The notes under the pieces were generated by a model. That model ran no database searches. It saw only the letters and a list, made by a program, of their open reading frames with translations, and was not told the origin of the DNA. Position numbers and translations under genes: made by a program. Shown in pieces: positions 60,611-64,000 of a stretch of 64,000 bases of DNA. The DNA is from Bdellovibrionales bacterium (GTDB taxonomy: Bacteria > Bdellovibrionota > Bdellovibrionia > Bdellovibrionales > UBA1609): contig CBDBIB010000003.1 of assembly GCA_965205945.1 (NCBI GenBank), positions 736,394 to 800,393 on the forward strand, in the 5' to 3' direction. How positions within the stretch are numbered: position 1 is the stretch's first letter; each line of letters begins with the position of its first letter.

Positions 60611-62135
60611 GCTTAAACTTACAGGGCGGGATTTAACAATTGATAGTGTGTGGAGAGTTTCTCAAAAAGAATATAAGATAAAGCTTTGTAGTGAAGCTAG
60701 AAAAAATGTTTTAGAGTCTAGAAAGTATATCCAAGGACGTATTAGCAAAGGTGAAACTATGTATGGTGTGAATACTGGGTTTGGTCATTTTTCAACTGTT
60801 GCTATTTCAAAAGAACAGCTTAGCAGGCTTCAGAAAAACTTGATTAGATCTCATTCTTGTGGAGTTGGGAGCCCTTTCACACCTGAAGAAGTAAGAGCTA
60901 TTATGATTTTAAGGGCGAATGCTTTATCGCGTGGGCATAGTGGCATTAGGCCTGAGGTAATTGAAAAGATAATTGAATTTATTAACAACGATTTAACTCC
61001 CTACATTCCTTCTCAAGGGAGTGTAGGTGCTAGTGGTGATTTGGCACCATTGGCACATTTAGCACTTTGTATTATTGGTGAAGGTGATTTATGGGATGGT
61101 GTAAAGAAAATTAAAACAGCTGATAAGTTAAAAAAGTTAGGAATTAAACCCTTGCAGCTTGAAGCAAAAGAAGGTCTTTCTATGATTAATGGTTGTCAAG
61201 TGATGACGGCAGTGGGGCTTTTAAACTGCTATAGATCAAAAAAAATATTAGAGCTTTTTGATCTTGCAGGGGCGATGACATTAGAGGCCCTTAAGGGAGC
61301 AAGGGCGGCTTTTGATCCTTTGATCTTTGCAACTAGACCGCACCTAGGAGAAGCAAAAACTGCAAGAAATATGTTAAAACTTTTAGGTAAAACCTCTCCC
61401 ATTGCAGAGTCACATTTAAATTGTGGTAGTGTTCAGGATGCTTACTCACTTCGTTGTATTCCAGCGGTGCATGGAGCAACAAAAGATTCAGTTCAAAGAG
61501 TCATTCAGGTTTTAGAAGTTGAAGCAAATTCTTCAACAGATAATCCACTAGTTTTTGCAAAAGAGGATAAAATTTTATCATGTGGAAACTTCCATGGAGA
61601 ACCGGTGGCATTTCAATTAGATTATTTAGGAATTTGTTTAAGCGCTTTAGCAAGTATTTCTGAATGTAGGATTGAAAAGTTAATCAATCCATCTATGTCA
61701 GGGCTTCCTGCATTTTTAGCTCCAAATGGTGGCCTAAACTCTGGAATGATGATTGTTCAAGTCGCTGCAGCATCTTTAGTTAGTGAAAATAAAATATTAG
61801 CACATCCAGCATCAGTTGATAGCATTCCGACTTCTGCAGATAAAGAAGATCATGTGTCTATGGGAACAATTGCAGCTAGAAAGGCTAAGCAGATTTTAGA
61901 AAACACTGAAAATATTCTAGCTATGGAAATTTTATGTGCTACCCAAGGATTGGATTTATTAAAACCACTTAAGCCTAGCGGTATAATTTTAAAAGTCTTA
62001 GAGTTTATTAGAGAAAGAGTTCCCTTTGCTAAAGCCGATCGTGTTTTTGCAGAGGATATAAAAATTATCCGCTTAATGATTTCTAACAGAGAACTTAATA
62101 CAATTCTTAAAGAGAATGTAACTTTAGAGGTTTAG
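60597..62135 (+). CDS. hutH: Histidine ammonia-lyase
   Basis: YGVNTGFG, GSVGASGDL, QDAYSLRC. Confidence 0.97.
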   Translation: MQKNELKLTGRDLTIDSVWRVSQKEYKIKLCSEARKNVLESRKYIQGRISKGETMYGVNTGFGHFSTVAISKEQLSRLQKNLIRSHSCGVGSPFTPEEVRAIMILRANALSRGHSGIRPEVIEKIIEFINNDLTPYIPSQGSVGASGDLAPLAHLALCIIGEGDLWDGVKKIKTADKLKKLGIKPLQLEAKEGLSMINGCQVMTAVGLLNCYRSKKILELFDLAGAMTLEALKGARAAFDPLIFATRPHLGEAKTARNMLKLLGKTSPIAESHLNCGSVQDAYSLRCIPAVHGATKDSVQRVIQVLEVEANSSTDNPLVFAKEDKILSCGNFHGEPVAFQLDYLGICLSALASISECRIEKLINPSMSGLPAFLAPNGGLNSGMMIVQVAAASLVSENKILAHPASVDSIPTSADKEDHVSMGTIAARKAKQILENTENILAMEILCATQGLDLLKPLKPSGIILKVLEFIRERVPFAKADRVFAEDIKIIRLMISNRELNTILKENVTLEV

Positions 62136-62144
62136 GAGATAGTA

Positions 62145-63791
62145 ATGAGAACAGTTAAAGCTCCACATGGTAGTAAATTAAACTGTAAAGACTGGCCACA
62201 AGAAGCTGTGTATAGAATGATTCAAAATAATTTAGACCAAGAGGTTGCTGAAATTCCTGAAGACTTAGTTGTTTATGGTGGTATTGGTAAAGCCGCACGT
62301 GACTGGTCATCATTTGATAAAATTTTAAAAACTTTAAAAACTTTAGAAAATCATGAAACTTTACTTGTGCAATCAGGTAAACCTATTGGAATTATTCAAA
62401 CTCACAAAGAGGCTCCAAGAGTTCTTATTGCTAATTCAAATCTTGTTCCTAAATGGGCTACTTGGAAGCATTTTGATGAGTTAGATAAAAAAGGCTTAAT
62501 GATGTATGGGCAAATGACTGCAGGGTCATGGATATACATAGGGTCTCAAGGAATTGTCCAAGGAACATATGAAACTTTTATGGAGGTTGGGCGTCAACAT
62601 TTTGGTGGTAATTTAAAGAATAAACTTATAGTAACAGCAGGTCTTGGTGGAATGGGTGGGGCCCAACCACTTGCTGGCGTTTTTGCTGAAGCTATAGTTT
62701 TAGCTGTAGATATTGATAAAGAACGTATGCAAAAAAGAGTGGAGACTAATTATTTAGATGAGATTGCTCCAAACATTGAATTAGCAATCAAAAGGATTAA
62801 AAAATATAAGGAAGAAGGTAAAGCTGTTAGCGTTGGTCTAAAAGGTAATATGGCTGAGGTCTTGCCTGAACTTTTAAAAAGAGGCTTAATGATTGATGTT
62901 TTAACAGATCAAACTTCAGCCCATGATCCTTTAAGAGGATATATACCATTAGGGTATTCTTTACAGGAAGCTTTTGTTTTAAGAGCATCAGATCCTGAAA
63001 AATATATTAGGCTTTCAAAAGATTCTATGAAAATACATGTAGAGGCTATGCTTGAGTATCAAAAAAAAGGGGCCATTACTTTTGACTATGGAAATAATAT
63101 AAGAGCAATGGCTCAAGATGCAGGGCTAAAGAATGCTTTTGATATTCCAGGCTTTGTCCCAGAATACATAAGGCCGCTTTTTTGTAAAGGAAGTGGGCCT
63201 TTTAGATGGGTGGCTTTATCAGGAGATCCTAAAGATATTTATAAAACAGATGAGGCTTTAAAGAAACTTTTTCCCGATAAACTAAGTCTTCATAAATGGT
63301 TGAATGCTGCTAGAGAACGGATTGCTTTTCAAGGGTTGCCGGCAAGAATTTGTTGGCTTGAGTATGGAGAACGTGAAAAAGCTGGTTTAATATTTAATGA
63401 AATGGTTAAAAGTGGTGAATTAAAAGCTCCAATCGTTATTGGGCGTGATCATTTAGACTGTGGGTCAGTAGCCTCTCCAAATAGAGAAACTGAGGCTATG
63501 AAAGATGGTTCAGATGCTGTTGGAGATTGGCCGATATTAAATGCGTTAACAAGTGTAGCAAGTGGTGCAACATGGGTTAGTTTTCATCAAGGTGGTGGTG
63601 TAGGTATGGGGTACTCTCTTCATGCAGGACAAGTTACAGTAGCTGATGGTACTGAGTGTGCTAAGAAATGTTTATCAAGAGTTTTAAATAATGATCCTGC
63701 AATGGGTTTATATAGACATATTGATGCGGGCTATGATGATGCAAAAGTCATAGCTAAAAAACGTGGTGCTCAAAGTTTATGGTTAGATTAG
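62145..63791 (+). CDS. hutU: Urocanate hydratase
   Basis: [21 protein letters not shown]. Confidence 0.97.
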   Translation: MRTVKAPHGSKLNCKDWPQEAVYRMIQNNLDQEVAEIPEDLVVYGGIGKAARDWSSFDKILKTLKTLENHETLLVQSGKPIGIIQTHKEAPRVLIANSNLVPKWATWKHFDELDKKGLMMYGQMTAGSWIYIGSQGIVQGTYETFMEVGRQHFGGNLKNKLIVTAGLGGMGGAQPLAGVFAEAIVLAVDIDKERMQKRVETNYLDEIAPNIELAIKRIKKYKEEGKAVSVGLKGNMAEVLPELLKRGLMIDVLTDQTSAHDPLRGYIPLGYSLQEAFVLRASDPEKYIRLSKDSMKIHVEAMLEYQKKGAITFDYGNNIRAMAQDAGLKNAFDIPGFVPEYIRPLFCKGSGPFRWVALSGDPKDIYKTDEALKKLFPDKLSLHKWLNAARERIAFQGLPARICWLEYGEREKAGLIFNEMVKSGELKAPIVIGRDHLDCGSVASPNRETEAMKDGSDAVGDWPILNALTSVASGATWVSFHQGGGVGMGYSLHAGQVTVADGTECAKKCLSRVLNNDPAMGLYRHIDAGYDDAKVIAKKRGAQSLWLD

Positions 63792-63794
63792 ATT

Positions 63795-64000
63795 ATGAAA
63801 ATTTATAAAAATATTAAGACTCTTTATACATTTAAGGGTTTTTTTACAAAAGAAGGTATTAGACCTGTTGAGAAAGATTTTTCGCCCATTAAAGACGCTG
63901 CGATGGTTGTAAATAAAGGTTTTATTCAATGGGTGGGAAAAGAAAAAAATCTTCCTAAAACATATTCAGGAAAAGTTTATAATCTTAAAGGTCTTAACGT
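63795..64000 (+). CDS. hutI: Probable imidazolonepropionase, truncated by the window end
   Basis: MKIYKNIKTL...IKDAAMVVNKGFIQWVGK amidohydrolase N-terminus directly after hutU. Confidence 0.7.
   Translation, partial: MKIYKNIKTLYTFKGFFTKEGIRPVEKDFSPIKDAAMVVNKGFIQWVGKEKNLPKTYSGKVYNLKGLN

Overview
AT-rich bacterial chromosome segment, most consistent with a Bdellovibrionota-like lineage (RomR-like regulator, large pilin-like proteins, Cys-rich secreted proteins; an inference, not a database result). 0-20 kb is accessory surface/envelope DNA: three type IV prepilin-like genes in an operon with a lipoprotein di-heme MauG/bCcP-family enzyme, an IS3 copy, a BCCT/LysR pair, a 1640-aa tandem-repeat adhesin, and several unannotated pseudogene fragments. 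20.8-35.5 kb is a tandem island at the 3' end of tRNA-Pro(TGG), with three copies of the att core. The 11.2-kb element next to the tRNA looks like a PICI-like phage satellite (tyrosine integrase, Xis, HTHs, primase-polymerase/SF3 helicase, TerS, no capsid or TerL). Its cargo is a DUF6516/HTH TA pair, an SPL-like radical SAM + ASCH pair, and a YdjM-like hydrolase with a C-protein-like regulator. An IS3 has inserted at about codon 4-5 of the radical SAM gene. A decayed second element lies to its left. 35.6-64 kb is mostly housekeeping (rpsR, rpmB, hppA, lpxD, infA, topA, def, fmt, rpe, hutH/U/I), including a full-length but catalytically eroded nadC and a divergent Tex. Best candidates for undescribed systems: the satellite radical SAM-ASCH module and the pilin-peroxidase operon. 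All family calls come from motif recognition by eye.
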